Of a stretch of 64,000 nt of DNA, positions 43,643 through 54,505 are shown piece after piece (position 1 is the first letter of the stretch; each line of letters begins with the position of its first letter). Made by a program: the position numbers and the translations under genes. The stretch is taken from contig CAVYGB010000006.1 in the NCBI GenBank assembly GCA_963767925.1, forward strand, positions 320,001 to 384,000, in the 5' to 3' direction. The notes beneath the pieces were generated by a model. That model made no database searches. It saw nothing but the letters and a program-made list of their open reading frames with translations, and was not told the origin of the DNA. Origin of the DNA: an uncultured delta proteobacterium (GTDB taxonomy: Bacteria > Myxococcota_A > Polyangia > Fen-1088).

Positions 43643-43945
43643 AGGCGCTCTCCTGGTCCGGTAGGCCGGGCCTCGGGTTTAAGCGTGGGTAACAAAGGTG
43701 TCAAGGCGCCCAGCGTCCGGGCAGATTCGGGGCCAAACGAACGAACCGTGCCGTTTCGACGAAGGAAAAACCGGACCTCAGGGTCGGGGTGGTTTCCTCG
43801 CGCGGGCCGGATCGCACCTTGACACCATCTCGCAGGACGAACTAAACGAAAAATCTGACGCTCCGTTTCCCGGGCCCTGACGGAGCGCCCCGGGGCGTCC
43901 GGGTTCCTCCCCGGCCACCTCCGGAAACAGGAAAGGACAGACACC

Positions 43946-45462
<1,517 letters not shown>

Positions 45463-45469
45463 GCCGGAG

Positions 45470-46741
45470 ATGCCGCCCCGCCCGCGCGCCGCCCGCCTCG
45501 GCCTGTGCGCCGCCGCCACCCTGGCGCTGGCCGGGACGGCCCACGCGCAGACCCGGGACGACCCGGGCAAGACCCGGGCGGCCGCCCTGGTCGAGCGGGC
45601 GCAGCGGGTCTGCGGCCGCGGGGCGCACGCCGAGGCGTTGACCGCCCTGGTGGAGGCCTTCCGCCTCTATCCCCACCCGCGCATCCGCTACCGGGGCGGC
45701 GTCGAGCATCAGCACCTGGGACAGCTCGTCGAGGCCATCGAGGCGTTCGAGAGCTACCTCAGCGAGCCCGAGCGCGAGCCGGAGTACGTCGCCGACGCCG
45801 TCTCGCGGATGAACCTGATCCGCCCCGGCCTGGGCAACGTCGACATCCTCGCCGAGACGGGCGTGGCGGTCGAGGTCGATGGCCGCGCGCGCGGCCGCAC
45901 GCCGATGAGCCGCCTGCGGCTGGTGGCCGGGAACCACCGCATCACTCTGCGCAAGCCGGGCTTCCGCCCCGTCCAGACCACCGTGCACGTGGTGCCGGGC
46001 CAGACCACCCCGGTGCCGGTCGCCCTCACCCCCGAGGGGCCGGCCCCGGCGCCAGCGAGCCCGGCGCCGACGAGCCCGGCGCCGACGAGCCCGGCGGCGT
46101 CGAGCCCGGTGGCATCGAGCCCGGCGGCGTCGAGCGCCGGCTACGCGCCGCCCCTGCTCACCGACCCGGCCCTCCCCCCGCTGGCCCCGGCGTTCCAGGC
46201 ACCGGGGCCGGCCGGCGCCTCGCCGATCGAGATCGGCCTGCTGTTCAGCGGCGGCGTCTGGACCACCGGCATCGGCGAGACCGGGACCACCCTGGGCGCC
46301 GCGGTGGGCGGGGCGTACCGGTTGCCATACCGGCTGCTGGGGAAAGGGCTCACGCTTCACGTCGGCCCGCGCGTCACCGTCAACACCATCTCCGACCTCG
46401 GCCGCACGGCCTACGCCACCGGGTTCCTGGTGGCCCCGCAGGTCCGGCTGGAGGTGGTGCCCCGGCGCGTGCGCGCCTCGTTCGAGCTCGGCACCGGGCT
46501 GCTGGTGGTCTGGGGCCTGCTTCCCCGCTCGATGGTGTTGATCCCCGAGTCCTCCGAGGTGACCGGCGGGCTCAGCACCTTCGCCCTTCGCCCGGTGCTC
46601 TCCTTCGAATATCTCCTGGGCCCGGACATCGCCTTCCTCATGGGCATGGCGGCGGCCTGGTCGCCCCGGCCGGACCCTGCCTTCCGGCAGCGCTTCCTGG
46701 TGCGGATCGACTTCGCCGTCGGGCTCTCCTGGGCGCTCTGA
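45470..46741 (+). CDS. TPR + PEGA protein with C-terminal beta-barrel-like domain
   Basis: Signal peptide, TPR helices, PEGA (VEVDG..GRTP..GNHRITLRKPGF), 15-bp SPAxx repeats, amphipathic beta C-terminus. Confidence 0.78.
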   Translation: MPPRPRAARLGLCAAATLALAGTAHAQTRDDPGKTRAAALVERAQRVCGRGAHAEALTALVEAFRLYPHPRIRYRGGVEHQHLGQLVEAIEAFESYLSEPEREPEYVADAVSRMNLIRPGLGNVDILAETGVAVEVDGRARGRTPMSRLRLVAGNHRITLRKPGFRPVQTTVHVVPGQTTPVPVALTPEGPAPAPASPAPTSPAPTSPAASSPVASSPAASSAGYAPPLLTDPALPPLAPAFQAPGPAGASPIEIGLLFSGGVWTTGIGETGTTLGAAVGGAYRLPYRLLGKGLTLHVGPRVTVNTISDLGRTAYATGFLVAPQVRLEVVPRRVRASFELGTGLLVVWGLLPRSMVLIPESSEVTGGLSTFALRPVLSFEYLLGPDIAFLMGMAAAWSPRPDPAFRQRFLVRIDFAVGLSWAL

Positions 46742-46779
46742 GCCGCGCTGCTATATTGGCCGGCCGCAGGCGCGCGACC

Positions 46780-48786
46780 ATGGCCCACCCTCCTCCCCTT
46801 TTCTCGAAGCTCCCGGGCGACGCGCGCGCGCAGGCGCGGGCCGCCGTCCGCTGTTTCGCCGCCGCTGTCGTTGTCGTCGCCGTCGCCCTCTCGGGCTGCG
46901 GCTCCGACGAGCCGCCGGCGCAGGCCTGCGGGATGGAGGAGGTGGCTCACGTCGATCCGCTGCCTCCCCCGGACAGCCCCTTCGAATACCGCTACAGCGA
47001 GGTGGCGGCGCGAGGGGGCATCGCCTACCTCGGCGCCACCCGGGGCGCGGGCGTGCAGATCATCGACGTGGCGGCGGGCCGGAGCATCGGGGTCCTCGAC
47101 GCCGGCCTGGCCGGCACCATCAACAGCGTCGCGCTGGACGGCAACCTGCTGGTCTTCGCCGCCGGCGGCAACGGCATCGTGGCCTACGACGTCTCCGATC
47201 CCCGCCAGCCCGCCCGCCGCGCCCACCAGCGCGAGCCGGTCTCTTATTGCCACACGGTGTTCGTCCACCGCGATCTCGTGGCCTGCTCCACGTCGTCGCC
47301 CGACGAGCCCCACCTGGCGTTTTATCGGGTCGTCAAGCCCGCCGACCCGACCGCGCCGCTCGAGATCGTGGCCGCCGGCAGCTACAGCGAGCCGCTCACG
47401 CCCGAGGAGATCCAGAACGAGGCCGATATCCTCGTGCACGACGTGTTCGTGCACGAGCGGGGCAGCCGCATCCTGGCCTACCTGGCCTACTGGGAGCGGG
47501 GCCTGCACATCGTCGACGTGACCGACCCGGCCCGGCCGCAGGTCGTGGGCCGCAGCGCGCCCACCCCCACCCGCTGGACCCACAGCGTGTGGGTCGACGG
47601 CGACTTCGCCTACGTCGGCGAGGAGAGCTACCACGGCCTGGTCCGGGTCTTCGACGTCGCCGACCCCGCCGCGCCGGTCGAGATCGGCCAGCTCCGCTCG
47701 AGCGAGGGCGACGCCATCAGCGCCCACAACCTGCAGGTGGCCGGCGGCGTGCTCTACGTGAGCTGGTACCAGGACGGCCTGCGCGCCTTCGCCGCCCGGG
47801 GGGCGGCCGCGCCCGCCGAGATCGGCTGGTTCCACACCTGGAATGGCGCCGACAACCGGGCCAACCCCGGCCCCTCGGACGCTCGCTTTGCCGGCAACTG
47901 GGACGTCTTCGTCGACGGGGATAAGATCTACGCCGCCGACATGCAGACCGGCCTGTGGGTGCTCCGCCACCCGGCGGGGGCTGCGTCCCCGCCCTGCCCG
48001 GCCGACCGGACGCGGGGAACCAGCGCCTTCGCCAAGGCGGGACGCCCGCCGTTCGGCTGGACGGCGCTGCTGCCCCGCCGCCTGCGGCCCGCTCGCACGG
48101 TGCCCGTGTTCGGGGTGCTGGGCTCTGTCGATCCCTACTTCGACCTGAGCGACGAGCTGGCGCGCAGCCTGGGCCCGGCGCTCGGCCTCGCGGGCGCCCG
48201 GGTCGGGCCGACCGAGGTCCTGCCCGGACCGCCCGGACGCGCGGTCTCCTACCGGGTGGTGACCAGCCTCGTCGAGCTCCCCGCCGCGCTGGGGCCCGGA
48301 TCGCTGCCCCTGTCCGCGGCGCTCGCCGACGAGGGCGTCACCCGCCGCCTGGTGCGCCCCGTCGAGGTGCTGCCGGCCGCCCCGCCCAACCGGGACCTCG
48401 AGCCCAACGAGGACGAGTGGACCTCCGGCCTCCTGGTGCCCGACGCGGCCGGCCGGGCCACCTGCCCGGGCCTGTTCGAGGGCGGCGACCGCTTCGATCT
48501 CTATACCCTCGCCCCGCCGGGCGCCGCCCGCGGGCTGCGCATCCGGCTGGTCACCGCCCCGGCCAGCGCCGGTGCGCCCGGACCGGCCGCGCGGCTGACC
48601 GTGTCCCGGTCGAGCAACGGAGAGCAGGCCTTCGGCGATCCGGTGCAGCAGGAGATCTCCGGCCAGTGGGAGCAGGCCGTCACGGTGCCGGCCGGCGAGC
48701 AGGAGCCCCTGCTGATCGGGGTGGACCCCATCTCGCCCGCCGGCGACGCCCCGATTTCGTATACCCTGGAGGCCAGCCCGCCCTGA
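46780..48786 (+). CDS. LVIVD-repeat beta-propeller lipoprotein
   Basis: Lipobox LSGC; GLHIVDVTDP, VRVFDVADP, SAHN and SWYQDGL motifs with recurring His. Confidence 0.75.
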   Translation: MAHPPPLFSKLPGDARAQARAAVRCFAAAVVVVAVALSGCGSDEPPAQACGMEEVAHVDPLPPPDSPFEYRYSEVAARGGIAYLGATRGAGVQIIDVAAGRSIGVLDAGLAGTINSVALDGNLLVFAAGGNGIVAYDVSDPRQPARRAHQREPVSYCHTVFVHRDLVACSTSSPDEPHLAFYRVVKPADPTAPLEIVAAGSYSEPLTPEEIQNEADILVHDVFVHERGSRILAYLAYWERGLHIVDVTDPARPQVVGRSAPTPTRWTHSVWVDGDFAYVGEESYHGLVRVFDVADPAAPVEIGQLRSSEGDAISAHNLQVAGGVLYVSWYQDGLRAFAARGAAAPAEIGWFHTWNGADNRANPGPSDARFAGNWDVFVDGDKIYAADMQTGLWVLRHPAGAASPPCPADRTRGTSAFAKAGRPPFGWTALLPRRLRPARTVPVFGVLGSVDPYFDLSDELARSLGPALGLAGARVGPTEVLPGPPGRAVSYRVVTSLVELPAALGPGSLPLSAALADEGVTRRLVRPVEVLPAAPPNRDLEPNEDEWTSGLLVPDAAGRATCPGLFEGGDRFDLYTLAPPGAARGLRIRLVTAPASAGAPGPAARLTVSRSSNGEQAFGDPVQQEISGQWEQAVTVPAGEQEPLLIGVDPISPAGDAPISYTLEASPP

Positions 48787-48878
48787 GACGCTCGCGGCGC
48801 CTCCCGGGCTGGCACCGTCAGGCGCTCCAAACGCCGTCGTTCACGACCAGGTACCGCGGGTCGAAGGAGGGAAGCCAA

Positions 48879-50927
48879 ATGCGCTCATCTGCTTGTGTCG
48901 GAAACATGCTGCGCGTCTCTGCCCTGGCGGCGCTGTCCGCGCTGGGAGGCTGCGGGACGGGAAACGCCGTGATCCGCGGGCAGAGCCCACCGCCCGAGGA
49001 GCCGCCGGCCGCCGCCCGCAGCAGCTACCGCTACGACGCCGTGCCGCTCATCGCCCGGCAGGTGCTGTTCGGAAACCCGAGCAAGGTCGCCCCCGCCCTC
49101 TCCCCCCGCGGCGATCAGCTCGCCTACCTGGCGCCCGACGAGGGGGTGCTCAACGTCTTCGTCAAGAGCACCGGCAAGGACGACGACCGGGTCGTCACCG
49201 CCGATCGCCTGCGCGGCATCCGCCAGTACCAGTGGGCGGAGAACGGCAAGCAGCTCATCTACCTGCAGGACCAGGGCGGCGACGAGAACTGGCACATCTA
49301 CGTGGTGGCGGTGGCGGGCGGCGAGGCTGCCCGCGATCTCACCCCCTTCCCCAAGGTGCAGGCCCAGATCCTGGGGGCCGAGCCCGACTTCCCCGACGAG
49401 CTCCTGATCGGGCTGAACGACCGCGACCCCCAGCACCACGACGTCTACCGGGTCAACCTGCAGACCGGCAAGCGCCGCCTGATCTTCAAGAACGAGATCG
49501 GAGCGGTGGGGTTCGTGGCCGACCACCGCCTGCAGCTCCGGGTCCTCCAGATCCTCGAGCCCGACGGCGGGGCCAAGCTGCTCTACCGCCGGGGGGGCAG
49601 CGGCGACTTCCGCGAGCTCACGAGCTGGGGCGCCGAGGACATGTTCACCACCGGCCCGGTCGGCTTCGCCGGCGACGACCAGACCCTTTACCTGCTCAGC
49701 AGCGTCGGCAGCAACACCGTCGAGCTGCGGGCCCTCGACCTGCGCACCGGCCAGCAGCGCACGCTGGCCAGCGACGCCGAGGCCGACGTCACCGAGCTGC
49801 ACATCAACCCGCGCAGCAACAACGTCGAGGCGGTGGGCATCACCCGCGCCCGCCTGGAGTGGAAGGTGCTGGATCCCAGGGTCGAGGCCGACTTCGCGGC
49901 GGTGGCCAAGCTGGGCGACGGCGATCGCGCCATCGTGAGCCAGGACAACCGCGCCCGCACCTGGCTGGTGCGGGTCGACGACGACAACGGGCCGCCCCAC
50001 TACTACACCTACGACCGCCAGGGCCAGCAGGGGACCTTCCTGTTCTCCAGCCGCCCGGAGCTGGACAAGGCGGAGCTGGCCGAGATGCGGCCGGTGAGCT
50101 ACCAGGCCCGCGACGGCCTCACCATCCACGGCTACCTGACGCTGCCGCCGAAGGTGCGGGCCGAGAAGCTGCCCCTGGTGGTCCACCCCCACGGCGGCCC
50201 CTGGTACCGCGACACCTGGGGCTTCGATCCGACCGCGCAGTGGCTGGCCAACCGGGGCTACGCCGTGTTGCAGCCCAACTTCCGGGGGTCGACCGGCTAC
50301 GGCAAGAAGTTCCTCAACGCCGCCGACCGGGAGTGGGGTGGCAAGATGCAAGCCGACATCACCGACGGGACGCGCTGGTTGATCGCCCAGGGCATCGCCG
50401 ACGCCAGCCACGTCTGCATCATGGGCGGCTCTTACGGCGGGTACGCCACCCTGATGGGCCTGGCCAGCGAGCCTGACCTGTACGCCTGCGGGGTGGACAT
50501 CGTGGGGGTGGCCAACCTCATCACCTGGCTCAACACAATCCCGCCGTACTGGATCCCCTTCCGCCACGTGTTGCACCAGCGGGTCGGTCACCCCGAGCGG
50601 GACGAGGCCTTCCTGAAGGCGCGCTCGCCGGTGTTCCTGGCCGACAAGATCCGGGCGCCGCTGCTGATCGCCCAGGGGGCCAACGACCCCCGGGTCCCGC
50701 GGGCCGAATCGACCCAGATCCGCGACGCCATCCAGAAGGCGGGCCGCACCGTGGAGTACGTGGAGTTCCACGACGAGGGGCACGGCTTCGCCCGGCCGGA
50801 GAACCGGCTGCGCTTTTACGGCCTGGCCGAGGTCTTCTTGAACCGCTACCTCGGCGGACGGGCGGAGCCCGACCCGGCCAGCGTGACGCCGCCCCCAACG
50901 GTGGGCCTGGCTCCCGCTCCGCAATGA
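48879..50927 (+). CDS. S9 family peptidase (acylaminoacyl/dipeptidyl aminopeptidase-like) lipoprotein
   Basis: HGGP, GGSYGG nucleophile, GANDPRV and DEGHGF triad; RBS AAGGAGG. Confidence 0.92.
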   Translation: MRSSACVGNMLRVSALAALSALGGCGTGNAVIRGQSPPPEEPPAAARSSYRYDAVPLIARQVLFGNPSKVAPALSPRGDQLAYLAPDEGVLNVFVKSTGKDDDRVVTADRLRGIRQYQWAENGKQLIYLQDQGGDENWHIYVVAVAGGEAARDLTPFPKVQAQILGAEPDFPDELLIGLNDRDPQHHDVYRVNLQTGKRRLIFKNEIGAVGFVADHRLQLRVLQILEPDGGAKLLYRRGGSGDFRELTSWGAEDMFTTGPVGFAGDDQTLYLLSSVGSNTVELRALDLRTGQQRTLASDAEADVTELHINPRSNNVEAVGITRARLEWKVLDPRVEADFAAVAKLGDGDRAIVSQDNRARTWLVRVDDDNGPPHYYTYDRQGQQGTFLFSSRPELDKAELAEMRPVSYQARDGLTIHGYLTLPPKVRAEKLPLVVHPHGGPWYRDTWGFDPTAQWLANRGYAVLQPNFRGSTGYGKKFLNAADREWGGKMQADITDGTRWLIAQGIADASHVCIMGGSYGGYATLMGLASEPDLYACGVDIVGVANLITWLNTIPPYWIPFRHVLHQRVGHPERDEAFLKARSPVFLADKIRAPLLIAQGANDPRVPRAESTQIRDAIQKAGRTVEYVEFHDEGHGFARPENRLRFYGLAEVFLNRYLGGRAEPDPASVTPPPTVGLAPAPQ

Positions 50928-51262
50928 CCTGGAAGCAGCTCTGCAAGCTGGGCCGGGCCCTGCCCGAGGTGGACGAGGGCATCTGGTTTCGCACGCCGGC
51001 CCTCAAGGTGCGGGGCAAGTCCTTCGTGCGGCTGCGCGAGGACAACGAGACCGTCGTCTTCCTGGTCGAGAGCGTCGACGAGCAGGAAGGCCTGATCGAG
51101 ACCCGCCCGAAGATCTACTACATCACCGACCACTACCGGGGCTACCCGGCCGTGCTGGCGCGGCTGGCAGCCCTACCGGTGCCCGAGGCGCGCGTGCGCC
51201 TCGAGCGCGCCTGGCGGATCAAGGCGCCAAAGCGGCTGGTCGCCCAGCTCGAGGCGGGCTAG
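50924..51262 (+). CDS. MmcQ/YjbR family protein
   Basis: ALPEVDE, ALKVRGKSF, TDHYRGYPAVL and AWRIKAPKRL motifs. Confidence 0.8.
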   Translation: MTWKQLCKLGRALPEVDEGIWFRTPALKVRGKSFVRLREDNETVVFLVESVDEQEGLIETRPKIYYITDHYRGYPAVLARLAALPVPEARVRLERAWRIKAPKRLVAQLEAG

Positions 51263-51419
51263 TCCCCTGGAACGGTGAAGGCTTGCATATGTCGGCGAGG
51301 CATCTTCGTTCCTGGCAAGGCGCGAGGAGGGCGAATACCGGGCGTATTTAACCGACGAGCAACGCAGCCAGGGACGAAGAGGACCGGCGAGATATGCAAG
51401 AAATCACCGTTCCAGGGGA
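51263..51419. mobile_element. MITE-like palindromic element 1 (157 bp), flanked by CTAG
   Basis: Perfect 16-bp TIR TCCCCTGGAACGGTGA, extending imperfectly to ~28 bp; CTAG at 51259 and 51420. Confidence 0.8.
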
Positions 51420-51423
51420 CTAG

Positions 51424-51579
51424 TGCACCGCTCTCGAAATAGCGTCGAGGATCCGCCGACAAGCCTGCGGCCCCGCGAGGCGCGACGACGACGAATATCC
51501 GGCATATTCCGAGGAGGAGCAACGAAGCAGGGGCGCAGGATCGTCGGCGCAGCCTTGACGATATTTCGACTGCGGTGCA
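51424..51579. mobile_element. MITE-like palindromic element 2 (156 bp), flanked by CTAG
   Basis: ~50-bp imperfect arms starting TGCACCGC..TCGAAATA; CTAG at 51420 and 51580; core similar to element 1. Confidence 0.8.
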
Positions 51580-51646
51580 CTAGTCCCCTGGAAAGGGGAC
51601 CAGGGCGGCGCGGCCTCGCGCAGGGCCCTGGCTGACCGGAGCCGCC

Positions 51647-52552
51647 GTGGCGGTCCTGCTGAGCCTGCTGTCGGCGTTCCTGCATGCCCTGTGGAACGCC
51701 CTGCTCAAGCGCGAGCGGGACAAGGATCTGGCGGGGGTGGCGGTGGTGGTGGTCGCCGCGGCGGTGGCGCTCGTCATCGCGCTGGCCCTCGCGCTGCTCG
51801 AGGGGCGGGTGCCCTTCGGCGACCGGGGCGCGCTGGCCTGGTCGCTGGGGGCGGGGCTGTTCGAGGGCGGGTACTTCATCACCCTCGTGATGGCGCTGCA
51901 GCGGGCGCCCCTCGGGCTGGCCTACACCGTGTCTCGCGGCAGCGCGATCCTGCTGGTCTGGCCCCTGTCGGTGCTCTGGCTGCACGAGGCCGTCACGCCG
52001 GCGGCCGCGGTCGGCTCGGCCCTGCTGGCGCTGGGGCTGGTTGTCGCCGGCCTCGAGCGGGGCGGCGGGCGAGGGGCCCTGCCCCTGGCGGCCCTGTGCG
52101 GCGGGTTCATCGCCGGCTACCACCTCTGCTACAAGCAGGCGCTGGCCGGCGAGCCCTCGGCCGCTGCGATCTTCGCGCTGGCGCTGGCGGTGGCGGCCCC
52201 GCTCAACCTCCTCCGCCTGGGCGCCCGACGGCCCGCGCTGCTGGCGGCGCTGCGGGAACGGCCCGGGGCCTTCCTGGTCGGCGGCGCGCTCTGCGCGGCG
52301 TCGTTCCTCGTCTTCCTGGTCGCCCTGCGCGACGCCGGCGCGGGGCTGGTCCTGACCCTGCGCAACAGCTCGATCCTGTTCGCGGTGGTCCTGGGCGCGC
52401 TGCTTGGCGAGCCGACGAGCCGCCGGGCGGTCGCCGGGGCGATCGTCGTCGCCCTCGGCGCGACCGTGCTCGGCGGGGCGGGGAGGACCCCCGAGAGGTC
52501 CCCCTCCTCCCCGGGGAGCACGACCCGCGGGGCGGGCCGGCCGGGTCCCTGA
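51647..52552 (+). CDS. EamA/DMT family transporter
   Basis: SAFLHALWN, AYTVSRG and LRNSSILFA motifs; about 10 TM helices. Confidence 0.85.
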   Translation: MAVLLSLLSAFLHALWNALLKRERDKDLAGVAVVVVAAAVALVIALALALLEGRVPFGDRGALAWSLGAGLFEGGYFITLVMALQRAPLGLAYTVSRGSAILLVWPLSVLWLHEAVTPAAAVGSALLALGLVVAGLERGGGRGALPLAALCGGFIAGYHLCYKQALAGEPSAAAIFALALAVAAPLNLLRLGARRPALLAALRERPGAFLVGGALCAASFLVFLVALRDAGAGLVLTLRNSSILFAVVLGALLGEPTSRRAVAGAIVVALGATVLGGAGRTPERSPSSPGSTTRGAGRPGP

Positions 52553-52609
52553 GCGACGGACGAAACCGAGCGCGCCGGCGCGGACCGTCGCTATGATGGG
52601 CAGGTGGCG

Positions 52610-53434
52610 ATGGCAGAGCCCGACCTCGGCCCGGCCGAGATCTACGACCGGTATTACGGACCGGCCATGTTCGCCCCCTGGGCGGAGGTGCTCCTGCAGC
52701 TCGCGGCGCCTCGACCGGGAGAACGGGCCCTCGACCTGGCCTGCGGCACCGGGATCGTGACCCGCCAGCTCGCCCCCCGGCTCGGGCCGGGCGGGAGCCT
52801 GGTGGCGGTCGACCTGCGGCCCACCATGCTGGCCGTCGCGCGCAGCCTGCCCCCGCCGGAGGGCGCGGCGGTGGACTGGCGGCAGGGGGACGCGATGGCC
52901 CTGGCGCTGCCCGGGGGGGCCTTCGATCTGGTGGTCTGCCAGCAAGGGCTGCAGTTCTTCGCCGATCGAGCGGCGGCCCTGCGCGAGGTCCGCCGGGTGC
53001 TCGCCCCCGGCGGGCGCGCCGCCTTCGCCGTGTGGCGGGAGGTGGCGCAGCAGGGGGTGTTCCAGGCCCTCGTCGCCGCCGAGATCCGGCACCTGGCCCC
53101 GCTGGGCATCACGGCGGCCCACGCCAACGCCCCCTTCGTGCTGGGCGATCCGGCCGAGCTGCGGGGGCTGTTCGAAGGGGCCGGCTTCGGCCGGATCGAG
53201 GTGCTCGCCCGGAGGCTCGACGCCTCCTTCACCGAGCCGGATCGCTTCGTGGCCCGCTCCGAGCTGGCCTACGCCAGCGTCATGCCCGAATACCTGCGGC
53301 AGCCCGCCGCCTTCCGGGCCTACGTCGCCGCCATCGAGCGCGACGTCCAGCCGGTGATCGAGCAGCAGCGCCAGGGTGACCGCCTGATCTTCCCCATGCA
53401 CGCCCACCTCGTCCTCGCCCAGGTGATGCCATGA
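52610..53434 (+). CDS. Class I SAM-dependent methyltransferase
   Basis: LDLACGTG, GDAMAL, FDLVVCQQGLQF and RVLAPGG motifs. Confidence 0.9.
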   Translation: MAEPDLGPAEIYDRYYGPAMFAPWAEVLLQLAAPRPGERALDLACGTGIVTRQLAPRLGPGGSLVAVDLRPTMLAVARSLPPPEGAAVDWRQGDAMALALPGGAFDLVVCQQGLQFFADRAAALREVRRVLAPGGRAAFAVWREVAQQGVFQALVAAEIRHLAPLGITAAHANAPFVLGDPAELRGLFEGAGFGRIEVLARRLDASFTEPDRFVARSELAYASVMPEYLRQPAAFRAYVAAIERDVQPVIEQQRQGDRLIFPMHAHLVLAQVMP

Positions 53435-53841
53435 CCCAGCTCCTCGTGAACATCGACGTCGACGACCTGGATCGGGCCGTCCAGTTTTACAGCGAGTCCC
53501 TCGCCCTGCGCCCTGCCCGGCGGTTCGGCCGCGCCGCCGTCGAGCTGCTGGGGGCAGCGGCGCCGATCTACCTGCTGCGCAAGCAGCCACACAGCCTCCC
53601 CTTCGCAGGCGCCACCACCGGACGCGACTTCGGCCGCCACTGGACCCCCGTCCACCTCGACTTCGCGGTCGACGACCTCGAGGCCGCCGTCGCGCGCGCC
53701 CGGTCGGCCGGCGCCACCGCCGAGGGGGAGATCAGCACCCACGCCTGGGGCCGGATGGCGCTGCTGGCCGATCCCTTCGGCAACGGCTTCTGCCTGCTCC
53801 AGTTCAGCGAACGCGGCTACGACGCCATCACCACCGGCTGA
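53431..53841 (+). CDS. VOC/glyoxalase family protein
   Basis: IDVDDLDRA..FY, HLDFAVDD and DPFGNGF motifs. Confidence 0.88.
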   Translation: MTQLLVNIDVDDLDRAVQFYSESLALRPARRFGRAAVELLGAAAPIYLLRKQPHSLPFAGATTGRDFGRHWTPVHLDFAVDDLEAAVARARSAGATAEGEISTHAWGRMALLADPFGNGFCLLQFSERGYDAITTG

Positions 53842-53851
53842 GGAGGGACCC

Positions 53852-54388
53852 ATGGCCCGAGCGGGGGAGCGCGGACGAAACGAAAAGGGGGCGCCAGCCA
53901 GGAAGGTGGCGGTTGCGGCGGCCAGGGCATCCAGATCGCGGGCGCCTTTCCTCACCTTCCGGACCACGATCTTCCGGGACGGCTCGACCTGTTTCATCCC
54001 GGTGCCGTTCGATCCCACCCCCGTGTTCGGCAAGGTGCGGGCGCCGGTGACCGTGACCCTCAACGGCTTCAGCTACCGGAGCACCATCGCCACGATGGGC
54101 GACGGCCCCTGCCTGCCCCTGCGCCGGAGCAACCGCGAAGCCGCCGGGGTCGAGGGCGGCGAGACGCTCACGGTGACCCTCACCCTCGACACCGCCAAGC
54201 GCGAGATCGAGCCCCCCGCCGATCTGGTGCGCGCGCTGCGCGCCACCCCGGGCGCCTGGCAACGCTGGCAGGCGCTCAGCTTCAGCCACCAGCGCGAGCA
54301 CGTCGAGGCCGTCGCGAGCGCGAAGAAGCCCGAGACCCGCACCCGCCGCATCGCCGCCACCGTGAAGGCCCTGAAGCCCGCGCGCTGA
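53852..54388 (+). CDS. DUF1905 + YdeI/OmpD-associated domain protein
   Basis: VPFDP..GKVRAPVTVTLNG; SFSHQREHVEAV..AKKPETR. Confidence 0.8.
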   Translation: MARAGERGRNEKGAPARKVAVAAARASRSRAPFLTFRTTIFRDGSTCFIPVPFDPTPVFGKVRAPVTVTLNGFSYRSTIATMGDGPCLPLRRSNREAAGVEGGETLTVTLTLDTAKREIEPPADLVRALRATPGAWQRWQALSFSHQREHVEAVASAKKPETRTRRIAATVKALKPAR

Positions 54389-54505
54389 CCCACCCCCCCA
54401 GCGCCTCCTGGTGGACGCTGGTGGCGACAGCCCTGGGCACCGTCGGAGCGGCGACCCTGCCCGGGGGCCTGCTGCTGGCGGGAGCGGCCGGCGTATGATG
54501 GCGCC

